A DNA stretch of 64,000 bases from an uncultured Acidobacteriota bacterium (lineage in GTDB: Bacteria > Acidobacteriota > Terriglobia > UBA7540): the NCBI GenBank assembly GCA_963804995.1, contig CAWDSK010000003.1, positions 1,536,001-1,600,000 of the forward strand. Direction: 5' to 3'. The notes under the pieces are model-generated. The model saw only the letters and a list, made by a program, of their open reading frames with translations. It did no database searches and was not told where the DNA came from. Below are positions 23,840 to 34,221 of this stretch, piece by piece. Within the stretch, counting starts at the first letter, position 1. Each line of letters opens with the position of its first letter. The translations under genes and the position numbers were made by a program.

Positions 23840-23975
23840 CCCCTCATCCGTCCTCCTACGTCGGCCACCTTCTCCCCTGGGAGAAGGCTGGGACCTACGG
23901 TGCCTAGCCCTCTCCGAGGGGAGAGGGTGGACCGCCGCCGGCGTCTTCATCAGCCGGGGCGGGACGGGTGAGGGG
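23840..23975. repeat. Repeat family C copy 3 (inverted) with a degenerate partner arm
   Basis: Reverse complement of the 48134-48202 unit lies at 23908-23975; a related arm lies at 23840-23888. Confidence 0.85.
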
Positions 23976-24101
23976 TCACTTGGGCGTTTGAGAATTCTAC
24001 AAGCTAAAAATCCAAAAACCATCATCGGGGCGGTTCTTTATCAGATTCGCGCTGCCGAATCGGGGGCAGCTCCCATCGTTGAGATCTGAGTTCTTTCGCA
24101 T

Positions 24102-24139
24102 GAAGAGCCGCGGACCTCAACAGCGGAGGTCCGCGCTAC
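24102..24139. repeat. REP family B right arm
   Basis: GAAGAGCCGCGGACCTCAACAGCGGAGGTCCGCGCTAC, nearly identical to 11456-11493. Confidence 0.85.
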
Positions 24140-24149
24140 GATCTGTTCC

Positions 24150-25106
24150 CTATTCCCTATTCCCTGTTCCCTGTTCTTTGTTCTCTATACGTGCCGTCAC
24201 CAGGCTGGCCAGCGCCGCCGCGAACTGCGGACTGTCGTTCAGCGATTCCGAGCGCCGCACCGTAACGCCCCGTGCCCTTCCGAAATCACGAAACAGCACA
24301 TCGATATCGTAAAGGATTTCCACGTGGTCAGAAACAAATCCCACCGGCGCCAGCAAAACGTCCTTCACCCCTGCCGCGGCCAACTCCTCGATCTGCGATT
24401 CGACGGTCGGCCCAATCCACTTCTCGGCGGTCATTCCCTGGCTTTGGAACGCTATGCGATATTCATCCAAGCCTGCCGCCCTTGCCACCAGCGCCGCTGT
24501 TTCGCGCACTTGCTGCTCGTACGGATCACCCTCCGCGATCGTCCGTTCAGGCACACTATGTGCGGTGAAGATGACGGGGATCTGTCCGCCAGTCTCCTGC
24601 TCGGCGCGCTGGATTGCAGTCAGGAGGCGCTCGCGGAACGCCTCAATCAAGCCAGGGTGGTTATGCCAGCTCTCCACAAAATCCACTTTCAGCCGGGGCC
24701 CCGCCTGCGCCACCGCTTCCATCAGGTTTTTTCGATACAACCCGATGCTGGTACGAGAATTCTGTGGCGCGAGACAAACTGCCACGACGCGCTCCACGCC
24801 GTCAACCAAGAGACGGCCCACCGCCTCAGGAATAAACGGCCGCCAGTTCCGCATCCCCACGTAAACCGGATACGCAATCAACTTCGCCAGTGCTTCCGCC
24901 TGCAGCATAGTCAGTCGCAGGAGTGGCGACCCACCGCCGATCAGGCTGTAGCGGTGCGCAATTTCTTTCACTATAGGGTCAGATAAGGGCCGCCCGCCCC
25001 GTACGTTCAACAGGAATTCCGGGATGTCCTCGAGTTCGTCCGGGGCTCCGTGCGCGAGCAACAGGACTCCCCAACGAACTGCGTTTTGTGATTTGGGTTC
25101 TTGCAT
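24150..25106 (-). CDS. hemH: Ferrochelatase
   Basis: YSLIGGGSPL, GMRNWRPFI, FTAHSVP, WIGP, GFVSDHVEILYDID. Confidence 0.95.
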   Translation of the reverse strand: MQEPKSQNAVRWGVLLLAHGAPDELEDIPEFLLNVRGGRPLSDPIVKEIAHRYSLIGGGSPLLRLTMLQAEALAKLIAYPVYVGMRNWRPFIPEAVGRLLVDGVERVVAVCLAPQNSRTSIGLYRKNLMEAVAQAGPRLKVDFVESWHNHPGLIEAFRERLLTAIQRAEQETGGQIPVIFTAHSVPERTIAEGDPYEQQVRETAALVARAAGLDEYRIAFQSQGMTAEKWIGPTVESQIEELAAAGVKDVLLAPVGFVSDHVEILYDIDVLFRDFGRARGVTVRRSESLNDSPQFAAALASLVTARIENKEQGTGNRE

Positions 25107-25366
25107 GATCATGCCCCGCGTACCGGGCGGCCCCGCCTCGGCGCCAATCTGCAAGCGCCATTCTTGGAAGCCCGCGCATCTGTATCCCTTTGAATATACC
25201 ACGCGATGAACAAGTTGGGCCCGTCGCTCCACAGGGAGTCCGCACGCTATTTCTAACTCGGGTGCTATCTCCCAGCCCGCGCAGGAAAACTCCGGGAACC
25301 TTCTATCAGGACGTTCCGTATTACCCACTAGGAAAGCTTGGCCACTACGCCCGATGGAGCAATGAA

Positions 25367-27811
25367 ATGGAAATCTTATTGCGGGATGTCCGTTACGCCC
25401 TCCGGACAATCAAAAACGCCCCCGGCTTCGCCGCCGTCATCATCATTTCGATCGCACTGGGAATTGCCGCCAATGCTACCGTCTTCAGTGTCGCCAATGG
25501 CCTCCTGTGGGGTGTGTTGCCAGTGAAAGATCCAGGACGCCTGGTGATTTTCGCGGAGGGCGAATCCATCTCTTATCCCGACTTCTTGGACTATCGCGAT
25601 CAAACCGCGCAGGTCTTTGAAGGCGGCGTGTTTGCCCACTTTCCCCTGGTCCCCGCAAGCCTGGGGGGCAAGGGCGAGCCCGAGCGTATCTGGGGCCAAA
25701 TGGTCAGCGGCAACTACTTCTCCGTCGCGGGCACAACTCCCTTCCTCGGCCGCGCCATCCTGCCCGTGGAGGATACCGTCCGGAACCGCGACGCCGTGGT
25801 CGTTTTGAGCCATGCGTTGTGGCAGCGACGTTTCGGCCAAGACCGGTCAATCCTGGATAAACCCGTGGTACTGAATGGTCAGCGCTACACCGTAATAGGT
25901 GTCATGCCCCCGGGCTTTTATGGCACGGAGCACGGGATGGTGTCGGAGTTCTGGGTTCCGCTGGCCATGGCCGAACAGATCATGCCCGACCTCACAAAAT
26001 TTAATCCGTTCACCGACCGGGATAACTGTTGGTTGACCCTGAATGCTCGCCTGAAGCCCAACGTGAGTCACGCTCAGGCGGTGGCGGCAGTGAACGTCGT
26101 CAAGAAACGGATTGATGATACCTACCACCATAATGAAAAAGAGCACCAGCGGCCCCTAACGCTCGATCCCGCCGGCGGGTTGATCGCGGGGTCGCAGACG
26201 TTGGCCCTGAACCTGATGGTCGTGCTGATGGTGGTGGTCGGCCTCGTGTTGTTGGTGGCCTGCGCCAATGTCGCCAACCTGCTGCTGGCGCGCGCCACGG
26301 GCCGCCAGCGCGAGATTGCCATCCGGTTGGCGATGGGCGCCAGCCACAGGCAGGTGGTGCGGCAGTTGCTCACCGAGAGTGTTTTGCTCTCGCTTGGGGG
26401 CGCGGTAGTGGGCTTCGGGCTGGCAGCCATCGCGGCGCGGACGATTTCCCGTTTTGAGTTGCCGGTGCCCTTCCCGGTCGTGTTTGATTTCAACGTGGAC
26501 CTGCGGGTCCTGGCTTTCACGGCTGGTCTTTCCGTCCTGACCGGTGTCCTGTTCGGACTCGCTCCAGCGCTGCGCGCCACGCGTCCGGACCTGGTGGCGG
26601 CGCTCAAGAATGAGTCGACAGTCTTCGGACCCGTGCGGGGATTTGGTTTGCGCAATGGCCTGGTGGTTGTGCAGGTGGCGCTGTCGCTGGTGCTACTGGC
26701 GGGCGCGGGTCTTTTCCTCCGCAGCCTGCAGAATGCCTCCTCCATCGACATCGGCATGAAACCAGACAATATTCTGCTGATGGCGGTCGATCCGAAACTG
26801 CACGCTTACTCTCCCGAAAAGACACGGCAATTTCTTGCGCAGCTTCGCGAACGCGTTTCGGCACTGCCGGGAGTGCGCTCGGTGAGCTATGTTGACACGC
26901 TCCCCCTCAGCATCGGTGGGACCAGCTATAACTTTGCGGTGGCGAACGGCAAGGGGGGCGCGAAGCAGGATGTGAATGCCGATGTTTACAGCGTGGGCAG
27001 CGGCTATTTTGGCACCGTAGGCATTCCGCTGCTGCGGGGCCGTGACTTCAGCCCCAAGACCGACGACGGACACGTGGCGATAATCAATGCGGCCATGGCG
27101 CGTCGAATTTTCGGCACCGAGGACCCCTTGGGCCGCCAGATGGTCGGCGATAAGATTCCCTACACGATCATCGGTGTGGCGCACGACTCCAAATCGCGCA
27201 CCCTCGGCGAGGAAACCAAGAATTGCGCCTATTTGTTTCTGGAAGCGGCGCCCGAGAAAGTCTTCAGCTTTTTTGGGATTTCGATTGTCGTGAAGACGGC
27301 GATGAATCCACGGAGTCTGCTGCTGCCCATCCGGGCACAAATTGCCGCTCTCGACCCGGACCTTGCCATCTTCAACCCCGAGACCATGCAGGAACATGTG
27401 AACAAATCCATGTTGCTGCCGCGAATTTCGGCCATCCTGCTGGGAGTATTCGGAGCGGTGGGCCTGACCCTGGCCACCATCGGCCTCTATGGTGTGATGA
27501 GCTACTCAGTGCGGCGCCGCACCCGCGAGATCGGCATCCGCATGGCCCTGGGCGCCCGCCCCCGCGGGGTCCTGTGGATGGTCTTGCGCCAGGGCCTCAT
27601 GCTGACCGGCGTGGGACTGGTCATCGGGCTGGGCCTTGCTCTGGCCTTGGGCCGCTTCACTGCCAGCCTCCTCTATGGCGTCAGCGGCACAGACCTACTG
27701 ACGTTCCTCACGGTGCCCGCGGTGTTGCTCGCAGCGGCGCTTGCCGCAATGGTATTTCCGGCGCTTCGCGCCGCGCGTGTCGAGCCCACCACGGCACTGC
27801 GCTATGAATAA
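25367..27811 (+). CDS. ADOP-type duplicated ABC permease
   Basis: DVRYALRT...PGF, ACANVANLLLARA, QVALSLVLL, RTREIGIRMALGA, ALRYE. Confidence 0.92.
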   Translation: MEILLRDVRYALRTIKNAPGFAAVIIISIALGIAANATVFSVANGLLWGVLPVKDPGRLVIFAEGESISYPDFLDYRDQTAQVFEGGVFAHFPLVPASLGGKGEPERIWGQMVSGNYFSVAGTTPFLGRAILPVEDTVRNRDAVVVLSHALWQRRFGQDRSILDKPVVLNGQRYTVIGVMPPGFYGTEHGMVSEFWVPLAMAEQIMPDLTKFNPFTDRDNCWLTLNARLKPNVSHAQAVAAVNVVKKRIDDTYHHNEKEHQRPLTLDPAGGLIAGSQTLALNLMVVLMVVVGLVLLVACANVANLLLARATGRQREIAIRLAMGASHRQVVRQLLTESVLLSLGGAVVGFGLAAIAARTISRFELPVPFPVVFDFNVDLRVLAFTAGLSVLTGVLFGLAPALRATRPDLVAALKNESTVFGPVRGFGLRNGLVVVQVALSLVLLAGAGLFLRSLQNASSIDIGMKPDNILLMAVDPKLHAYSPEKTRQFLAQLRERVSALPGVRSVSYVDTLPLSIGGTSYNFAVANGKGGAKQDVNADVYSVGSGYFGTVGIPLLRGRDFSPKTDDGHVAIINAAMARRIFGTEDPLGRQMVGDKIPYTIIGVAHDSKSRTLGEETKNCAYLFLEAAPEKVFSFFGISIVVKTAMNPRSLLLPIRAQIAALDPDLAIFNPETMQEHVNKSMLLPRISAILLGVFGAVGLTLATIGLYGVMSYSVRRRTREIGIRMALGARPRGVLWMVLRQGLMLTGVGLVIGLGLALALGRFTASLLYGVSGTDLLTFLTVPAVLLAAALAAMVFPALRAARVEPTTALRYE

Positions 27812-27866
27812 CCCGTGTGAATCCCGCTTCAGGTCTACGGCCCAGAGGGAACAATCCAGAGCTTGT

Positions 27867-28223
27867 TCAGGGATTTGAAACGAGAGGAAGATCTCGCGCG
27901 GCCTCCTCTGTCGTCGGGTAAACGTCGATAATCTTGATGATTTGGGTGAGCTTCAGGACTCCTTCGACCATGCCCTTCACGCCCGTCAAGCGCAACGTTC
28001 CACTCAACTTCTTAAATCTCCCCAGACTTCTTACGATGGTTCCAATGCCGGCACTATCGATAAAGGTCACGCCTGAAAGATCGAAGATGACCGACGTCTC
28101 ATTCTGACGAATCATCTCTTCCACTTGCTGTTCAATTTGCTGACAATTTGCTCCGATGCGGACACTGCCTGTCATGCCAAGAACCACAACGCCCGGGCGG
28201 ATCTGCTTTTTGATGAATTCCAT
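27867..28223 (-). CDS. STAS-domain anti-sigma-factor antagonist
   Basis: FDLSGVTFIDSAGIG. Confidence 0.9.
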   Translation of the reverse strand: MEFIKKQIRPGVVVLGMTGSVRIGANCQQIEQQVEEMIRQNETSVIFDLSGVTFIDSAGIGTIVRSLGRFKKLSGTLRLTGVKGMVEGVLKLTQIIKIIDVYPTTEEAARDLPLVSNP

Positions 28224-28293
28224 GATTTCATGCGCCTCACTTTGTGAATTGGACCGTCATCGGCCGGAGCCAGTTGCCCCCCACATAGCTGCT

Positions 28294-28587
28294 TCAATTC
28301 CGCTCCTCTCCCTCGTAAGGGAATTCGCGGATCAATCGCAGACAGCCCTCCAGGGCTTCCCACACAGAATCTCCCCACCCCGAGGGCAATAATGCGGCGG
28401 TTTTCTGATTCACCTGCTTATCCGCCTCAGCAAAGAAGCGCACGCGCTGGCCAGCGGGAGGCAGGGCGTACTCTTTCACCGTGATCTGAAAGGCCACGTC
28501 GCCTCCCGGCTGGCATTTCTTCATGGTGAAAAAATGGAGTTGAGCTAGGTCTTCGGAACGGTTGGTAGACGTAAAGTGCCACTCCAC
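28294..28587 (-). CDS. Hypothetical protein
   Basis: 97-aa GTG-start ORF with GAGGAGG RBS; fills the gap. Confidence 0.6.
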   Translation of the reverse strand: MEWHFTSTNRSEDLAQLHFFTMKKCQPGGDVAFQITVKEYALPPAGQRVRFFAEADKQVNQKTAALLPSGWGDSVWEALEGCLRLIREFPYEGEERN

Positions 28588-28812
28588 TGCTTGGGCCTCC
28601 TCGACAAAGTTTGACTGGTCACCGTAGGTGTGATGCAGAACAGTTTCATCTTAGGATGCGTCGCGAGCCGTGTCAACCAATCGAGGAGTGAACGCTTTCC
28701 GCCACCTGCTACCTGTGCTAGAGTTTCGCATTCGGGTAGGCGCTCCACCCGGGGTCCCAGCGGGAGGCGGCGTGCACCAGGGCACTTGAAACCCAGTGAA
28801 GGGGAATTGGGC

Positions 28813-29784
28813 ATGAGACATCGCAGGTTTGGACGCACCGGATGGATGGTGAGCGAGATTGGGTATGGCATGTGGGGCATGGGGGGCTGGACTGGCTCTG
28901 ATGACACAGAATCAGTCCGCTCCTTGCAGCGAGCGGTTGACCTGGGCTGCAATTTCTTCGACACGGCCTGGGCATACGGCAATGGCCATAGCGAAGAGCT
29001 GCTCGGCTGGCTGGTACGCAATAACCCGGGGGAAAAACTCTACGTGGCCACGAAAATCCCACCCAAAAATCTCGCCTGGCCCAGCCGGCGCGAGTTCACG
29101 CTGGACGACTGTTTCCCTCCCGACCACATTGAGCAGTACATCTCCTCAAGTCTTGAAAACCTGGGTCTCACCAGCTTTGACCTGATTCAGTTTCACACTT
29201 GGGAAGATTCCTGGCTCGAGGACGACCGCTGGGTGAAGAAGATCGACGATCTGCGCCACCAGAAAGTGTTCAGCGCCGTGGGCATCAGCATCAATCGCTG
29301 GGAACCGTGGAACGGCGTGCGCGCGGTGCAGTCAGGCCTGATCGATGCTGTGCAGGTCATCTACAACATTTTTGACCAGAACCCCGAAGATGAACTGTTC
29401 CCGGCCTGTGCGGCGTTGGATGTGGGCATCATTGCGCGTGTTCCTTTTGACGAAGGCTCGCTCACTGGCACAATCACCTTGGAGACCCATTGGCCCCAAG
29501 GTGATTGGCGCAACACCTACTTTGTGCCTCAGAATTTGAAAGCCACCGTCGACCGCGTGGAGGCGCTCAAGCCCCTCGTTCCTCGCGGCATGACGATGCC
29601 GGAGATGGCACTGCGTTTCATCCTGAATAACCCCGCCGTCGGTACTATCATCCCCGGCATGCGGAAGGTGAAGAACGTTCAGGAAAACCTGGGCGCGAGC
29701 GACAAGGGTCCCCTCCCGGTTGACCTGCACGCCGAACTCCGCAAGCACCGTTGGGACCGTACGCCAACCAAGTGGTCGCAGTGA
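28813..29784 (+). CDS. Aldo/keto reductase
   Basis: RRFGRTGWMVSEIGYG, FFDTAWAYG, VQVIYN, IPGMRK. Confidence 0.93.
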   Translation: MRHRRFGRTGWMVSEIGYGMWGMGGWTGSDDTESVRSLQRAVDLGCNFFDTAWAYGNGHSEELLGWLVRNNPGEKLYVATKIPPKNLAWPSRREFTLDDCFPPDHIEQYISSSLENLGLTSFDLIQFHTWEDSWLEDDRWVKKIDDLRHQKVFSAVGISINRWEPWNGVRAVQSGLIDAVQVIYNIFDQNPEDELFPACAALDVGIIARVPFDEGSLTGTITLETHWPQGDWRNTYFVPQNLKATVDRVEALKPLVPRGMTMPEMALRFILNNPAVGTIIPGMRKVKNVQENLGASDKGPLPVDLHAELRKHRWDRTPTKWSQ

Positions 29785-29886
29785 CCGTGTCGGGCGGTAC
29801 TTCAGGATTATTTGGATCGGACTGTGCGGCCGCGGTAGGGAATATCAAAGCCCATGTCTTAATCGCTGACATTAAGGGAGCTCATC

Positions 29887-31113
29887 ATGGCAATTAAATC
29901 TGACCTCACTCGCCGTGAATTCCTGAAAGATTCGGCAATTGCCGGCGCCGGAGCAGCGGTGCTGGGCGGCCTCGCACCAGCGCGCGTACTCGGAGCCAAC
30001 GAACGGATTCGCGTGGGCGTGCTGGGAAGCGGGCACCGGGCCCGGTCCGTCATGGCCCATTTCCTCCAAATCCCCTCAGTTGAGATTGTGGCTGTGTGCG
30101 ATATTTATGCGCCAGCCCGCGCCAAGGCTTTGGAGCTCGCAGGCCTCGGGGCACAATCTTATACGGACTATCGCGCCGTACTGGACCGCAAGGATATCGA
30201 CGCCGTTCTGATCGGCAGCCCTGACCATTGGCATAAGCAGATGCTCATCGACGCCGTCCACGCCGGCAAGGATGCGTATGTTGAGAAGCCCATCATGCAT
30301 TCCATCGAAGAGGGTGTGGAGATGGTGCGGGCTGTTGAGGAAACCCAGCGCATTGTGCAGACCGGCACCCAACAGCGTAGTTGGGAGCACTGGATCATGG
30401 GCAAGGAACTGGTGGCTTCCGGCAAGCTCGGCAAGATCACCATGGTCCATACTTACTGGTATCAGGACTATTTGGGGAAGGATAAGTTTCCGACAGTTGA
30501 CCCCGCCGATTTGGATTGGAAGAGCTTTCTGGGCGGTGCACCCGACCAACCCTTCACTCCGGAAAAATTTATCTGGTGGCGTTGGTATTGGGATTTCGGT
30601 GGAGGCATCCTCACCGACCTGCTCACACATTGGATTGACGTCATTCAGTGGTACATGGACCAACCTGCCCCCAAAACCGCCACTACGGTGGGCGGCCTCT
30701 ATCGCATGAAGTGGCAGTGCCCCGACACCGTCACCGCCGTTTACGAGTATCCCGGCGATTTCATGGTTACCTTCACCGGCTCGATCAACGGTGGCGTGGA
30801 CGACGGCGGCATCGAGTTCTGCGGGAGTGACGCGACCCTCAAAATCGACCGTTCCCGTCTGGCCGTATACTCCGAAAGCGAATCTTGGGTGCGGGGCACC
30901 TTCGCGCCTGAACCGGAAATCGTGGTGCGCTCTGAGCACGATGGAACTCTTGACAACGTGAGGAACTTCGTGGACTGTATGCATACGCGCAAGGCGCCCA
31001 ATGCCAACATTCAGGCAGGATTCGAGGCGGCACGCACTTCCTGGATCGGCAACAGCGCTTTGAAGCATGGCATGAAAGTCGTCTGGGACGGGACGAAAGG
31101 CAGGGTAGCATGA
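29887..31113 (+). CDS. Tat-exported Gfo/Idh/MocA oxidoreductase
   Basis: TRREFLK, PDHWH, YVEKP, WRWYWDFGGG. Confidence 0.92.
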   Translation: MAIKSDLTRREFLKDSAIAGAGAAVLGGLAPARVLGANERIRVGVLGSGHRARSVMAHFLQIPSVEIVAVCDIYAPARAKALELAGLGAQSYTDYRAVLDRKDIDAVLIGSPDHWHKQMLIDAVHAGKDAYVEKPIMHSIEEGVEMVRAVEETQRIVQTGTQQRSWEHWIMGKELVASGKLGKITMVHTYWYQDYLGKDKFPTVDPADLDWKSFLGGAPDQPFTPEKFIWWRWYWDFGGGILTDLLTHWIDVIQWYMDQPAPKTATTVGGLYRMKWQCPDTVTAVYEYPGDFMVTFTGSINGGVDDGGIEFCGSDATLKIDRSRLAVYSESESWVRGTFAPEPEIVVRSEHDGTLDNVRNFVDCMHTRKAPNANIQAGFEAARTSWIGNSALKHGMKVVWDGTKGRVA

Positions 31114-31995
31114 TGGGAGGCGCCAACATTAAGCCGTCGTGGATCCGAGGCTGGGGAATTCCGCTTCTCCTATTGATATGGACCGGATTGCCTGTGCGGG
31201 CGGAGGAGCCAACTCCTGCCAGGGCCTTCTACAATACCTTCACGGACGAAGATGAAATGGCTATGGGCCGCAAGGCTGCGGAGGAGACCGAGAAGCAGAT
31301 ACCGATCCTGGATGCTCCGCTGCTCACCGCATACGTTAACAACCTGGGTCAGAAGGTGGCCCAGTCGTCGCACCGTCCGCAGATTCAATACTCATTCAAG
31401 ATCGTCAATACTGACACTGTTAATGCCTTCTCACTGCCGGGAGGATATGTCTACGTGCATCGCGGACTGCTCGATTTCGTCCAAAGTGAGAGTGAATTGG
31501 CAGGAGTGCTGGCGCATGAAGTGGGGCACATTGTGGCCTATCACAGCATGAACGACGTCGCGCGCCGGGCGCTTGTCGATCGAGGAATCTACGAACTCAA
31601 GAAGGCCGGCGTCGTCAACGATCAGCAGGTGGGCGATATGATTGAGCATTATGGCGGGCCTATCCTGCTTTTTGCGGATCGCAAATTCAGCCGCGAAGAA
31701 GAGTCGGAAGCTGACCTGCTGGGACTTTACAACGCCATTCGCGCCGGATATGACCCCCAAGGATTGATCTCCGCGCTTGCCCGGCTCAGCAAGTTCACGG
31801 GGAATCCCACGCTCGTTCGAGGCCCTGCTCATGAACCACCCGCTCCCAGCCGAGCGTGTTCAGGCGTTGCGCGACGAATTGAAGCAACATCCGGCGCCCG
31901 CCGGCCTCGAAAAAGACAGCCTGGCGTTCCGGGCTGCCAAGCTGCATTTGAAGGCACTGCCGGCGCCACCACCGCCACCTAAGAAACCCCAATAG
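31110..31995 (+). CDS. M48-family metalloprotease; 1-bp frameshift near 31815
   Basis: NAFSLPGG, AHEVGH, FSREEESEAD; the conserved HPLPAERV lies in the shifted frame ending at 31995. Confidence 0.85.
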
Positions 31996-32093
31996 TGCGA
32001 GGTGTGATCTCAGGCAGGCTGATCAACTTGTGACCACGGGTAAATGACGCCGCATTGGCACCGCGAAGCGGGCACTTTCCCGCGGCGTGGATT

Positions 32094-32294
32094 TCAGGCG
32101 TGACGCGGCCCACTGAGGATTCTTACTGGAAGAGTAATGATGGCGCGCAGCAGTTCGAACACGCCTCCGACGGCAATACCCAAGATCCGGAAGGGTAACA
32201 TCAGGATCCAGACAAAGGGATAAAGCACGAGCGCTAACAGGGCAAGCGGCCAGCAGAGGACCAGCAGGATGCACCAGAGCAAGAACTTGACCAT
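32094..32294 (-). CDS. Small hydrophobic membrane protein
   Basis: 66 aa, MVKFLLWCILLVLCWPLALLAL...; GAGGT RBS. Confidence 0.7.
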   Translation of the reverse strand: MVKFLLWCILLVLCWPLALLALVLYPFVWILMLPFRILGIAVGGVFELLRAIITLPVRILSGPRHA

Positions 32295-32478
32295 GGGGTT
32301 CACCTCAACGAGCGGCTGCACCTTATTGTACGCGGCAAAGTAGGTAAATGTTCCAGAATCTGGTTTACGTGTGTCCCGCCCGTTGCATTCACAGGCGGGT
32401 TCGCTGATCGCTTGGGAACGTGAGGTGAATTAGTCTCAGGGCGGGGCGTTCGATGCCAGTGGTTGAAGGGTATATGAA

Positions 32479-33360
32479 ATGGCTCAAAATCCAGACGGTT
32501 CTCGCAGGCAATTCTTAAGTACAAGCGGAAAAGTTCTACTCAGCGGCGCCATCGCCCGATTGTCGGGGGACTCTGGCGTGGCAACTAGTGCGGGCTTGTC
32601 ACCCACGCCTGGCAAGTATCCCATCATCGACTGCCATGCGCATGCCGGGATCGAGAGGCTGGCAGGCACGGACTACGACCTTATCGCCCCCTGGGATGCG
32701 ATTGCCGACCCGGCGCTAATCGCCAGGCATGCGGAAGAGGTGGGGATTGACCGGACCATCATCTTCCCGATTTTCTGCCTTAAGTACGCGGAGGCCAACC
32801 GAGACATCGCGAAAATTGTGCAGCGCTATCCCGGGCGGTTTATCGGTTTCGCCAAGCACCAGCCGGTATACGAAAAAGGGGAAATCCGCTCCTTGCTATT
32901 TCGGGAAGTGCACGAACTGGGTTTGCGGGGTTTGAAACTTCACGAACAACCCACCCCCGAGGTTCTGGACACGGTCAAGGAATTAGGCATACCCATTCTC
33001 TACCATCCCAGACGCGTTGCGCTTTACGAGGAGTTCGTCCCTAGCTACCCGACCGTCAATTTCATTCTGGCCCACATGGGCAGTGACCAGTCTGCGGACT
33101 GGCGCGAACACCTCGCGGCGATCGATTTGGCCAAGCGCTACCGGAACGTGCACCTTGATACATCTACTGCCTGTATCGTGGAATTCTTCGAAAGGGCGAT
33201 CCGGGAACTGCCGGCGCAGCAAATCATCTTCGGCTCGGATGAACCTGAAATCGACTGCCGATTGGAGTTACAAAAGATCCGCGTGCTGAAGCTCCCCCGG
33301 GAGAGCGAGGAACTAATCCTCGGAGGAAATATGCTCCGCCTTCTGGGAGGACGTTTTTAA
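32479..33360 (+). CDS. Amidohydrolase_2 family protein, Tat signal
   Basis: SRRQFL, IDCHAH, GLKLH, LAHMG, FGSD. Confidence 0.88.
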   Translation: MAQNPDGSRRQFLSTSGKVLLSGAIARLSGDSGVATSAGLSPTPGKYPIIDCHAHAGIERLAGTDYDLIAPWDAIADPALIARHAEEVGIDRTIIFPIFCLKYAEANRDIAKIVQRYPGRFIGFAKHQPVYEKGEIRSLLFREVHELGLRGLKLHEQPTPEVLDTVKELGIPILYHPRRVALYEEFVPSYPTVNFILAHMGSDQSADWREHLAAIDLAKRYRNVHLDTSTACIVEFFERAIRELPAQQIIFGSDEPEIDCRLELQKIRVLKLPRESEELILGGNMLRLLGGRF

Positions 33361-33386
33361 GTTCCAGGAATTTGGAGAGGGCGACG

Positions 33387-34193
33387 ATGAATTCCAGGGT
33401 GATTGATTGCCACGGCCAGGTGGGTTCCGGAGAAACGTGGGCGGAGAAAACCCGTTGGGTGGATTACAAAGTAGAGTCGCTGCTGGAACGCGCCGCCGAG
33501 GCGGGAATCGATCAGACTTGCATCATGGCTCCGCAAAACGCGGCCTATGGGGAAAAGAACCGCCAGGTCGCCGACCTTTGCCAAAAACATCCCGACAAAC
33601 TGCTAGGCTTCGCCGTGCACAGTCCGCAACGGGAGGCTGGCCGGATGCGCACGATGCTTTTCGAGGAAGTGAAGTCGATGGGCCTTAAAGGCGTAAAATC
33701 CGACGGACATCCCACGCGCGAAATGCTGGATGTCGTCGCCGAACTCCAGATTCCCGTCTTGTACACTCCGGAGAGCCGCGACCTGACACAGTCGACGAGC
33801 GAGCGCGCGGAGAGGCGCTATCTCACACTGGAGGTCGTGCGCACCGGGCCTCCCTCAGAGTCCTATCACATGATGGCGATGCTCTATCCAACCGTCAATT
33901 TCATCTTGCCCCATCTTGGCAGCTACCGCTCTACGACCTGGTGGGCGCATATCAATGCGATTGATTTGGTCAAGAGGTATCCGAACGTTTACATTGAAAC
34001 CTCCGGGGTGTTGTCGCACAAGTTCCTGGAAATGGCAGCACAAGAACTTCCTGCGGAAAAGCTAATCTTCGGTACTTACGCCCCGGAATTGGACCCGCGC
34101 GTAGAGATCTACGCCATCAAACTGCTGAAGTTGCCTCCCCAGAAGGAAGCTCAAGTTTTAGGTGGAAACGCCCAGCGGTTGTTTGGATTGTAA
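33387..34193 (+). CDS. Amidohydrolase_2 family paralogue with degenerate motifs
   Basis: Colinear with the upstream gene but has IDCHGQ, GVKSD and FGTY. Confidence 0.82.
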   Translation: MNSRVIDCHGQVGSGETWAEKTRWVDYKVESLLERAAEAGIDQTCIMAPQNAAYGEKNRQVADLCQKHPDKLLGFAVHSPQREAGRMRTMLFEEVKSMGLKGVKSDGHPTREMLDVVAELQIPVLYTPESRDLTQSTSERAERRYLTLEVVRTGPPSESYHMMAMLYPTVNFILPHLGSYRSTTWWAHINAIDLVKRYPNVYIETSGVLSHKFLEMAAQELPAEKLIFGTYAPELDPRVEIYAIKLLKLPPQKEAQVLGGNAQRLFGL

Positions 34194-34221
34194 CCAAGCC
34201 AGTATTCCCTGCAACAGCCAG

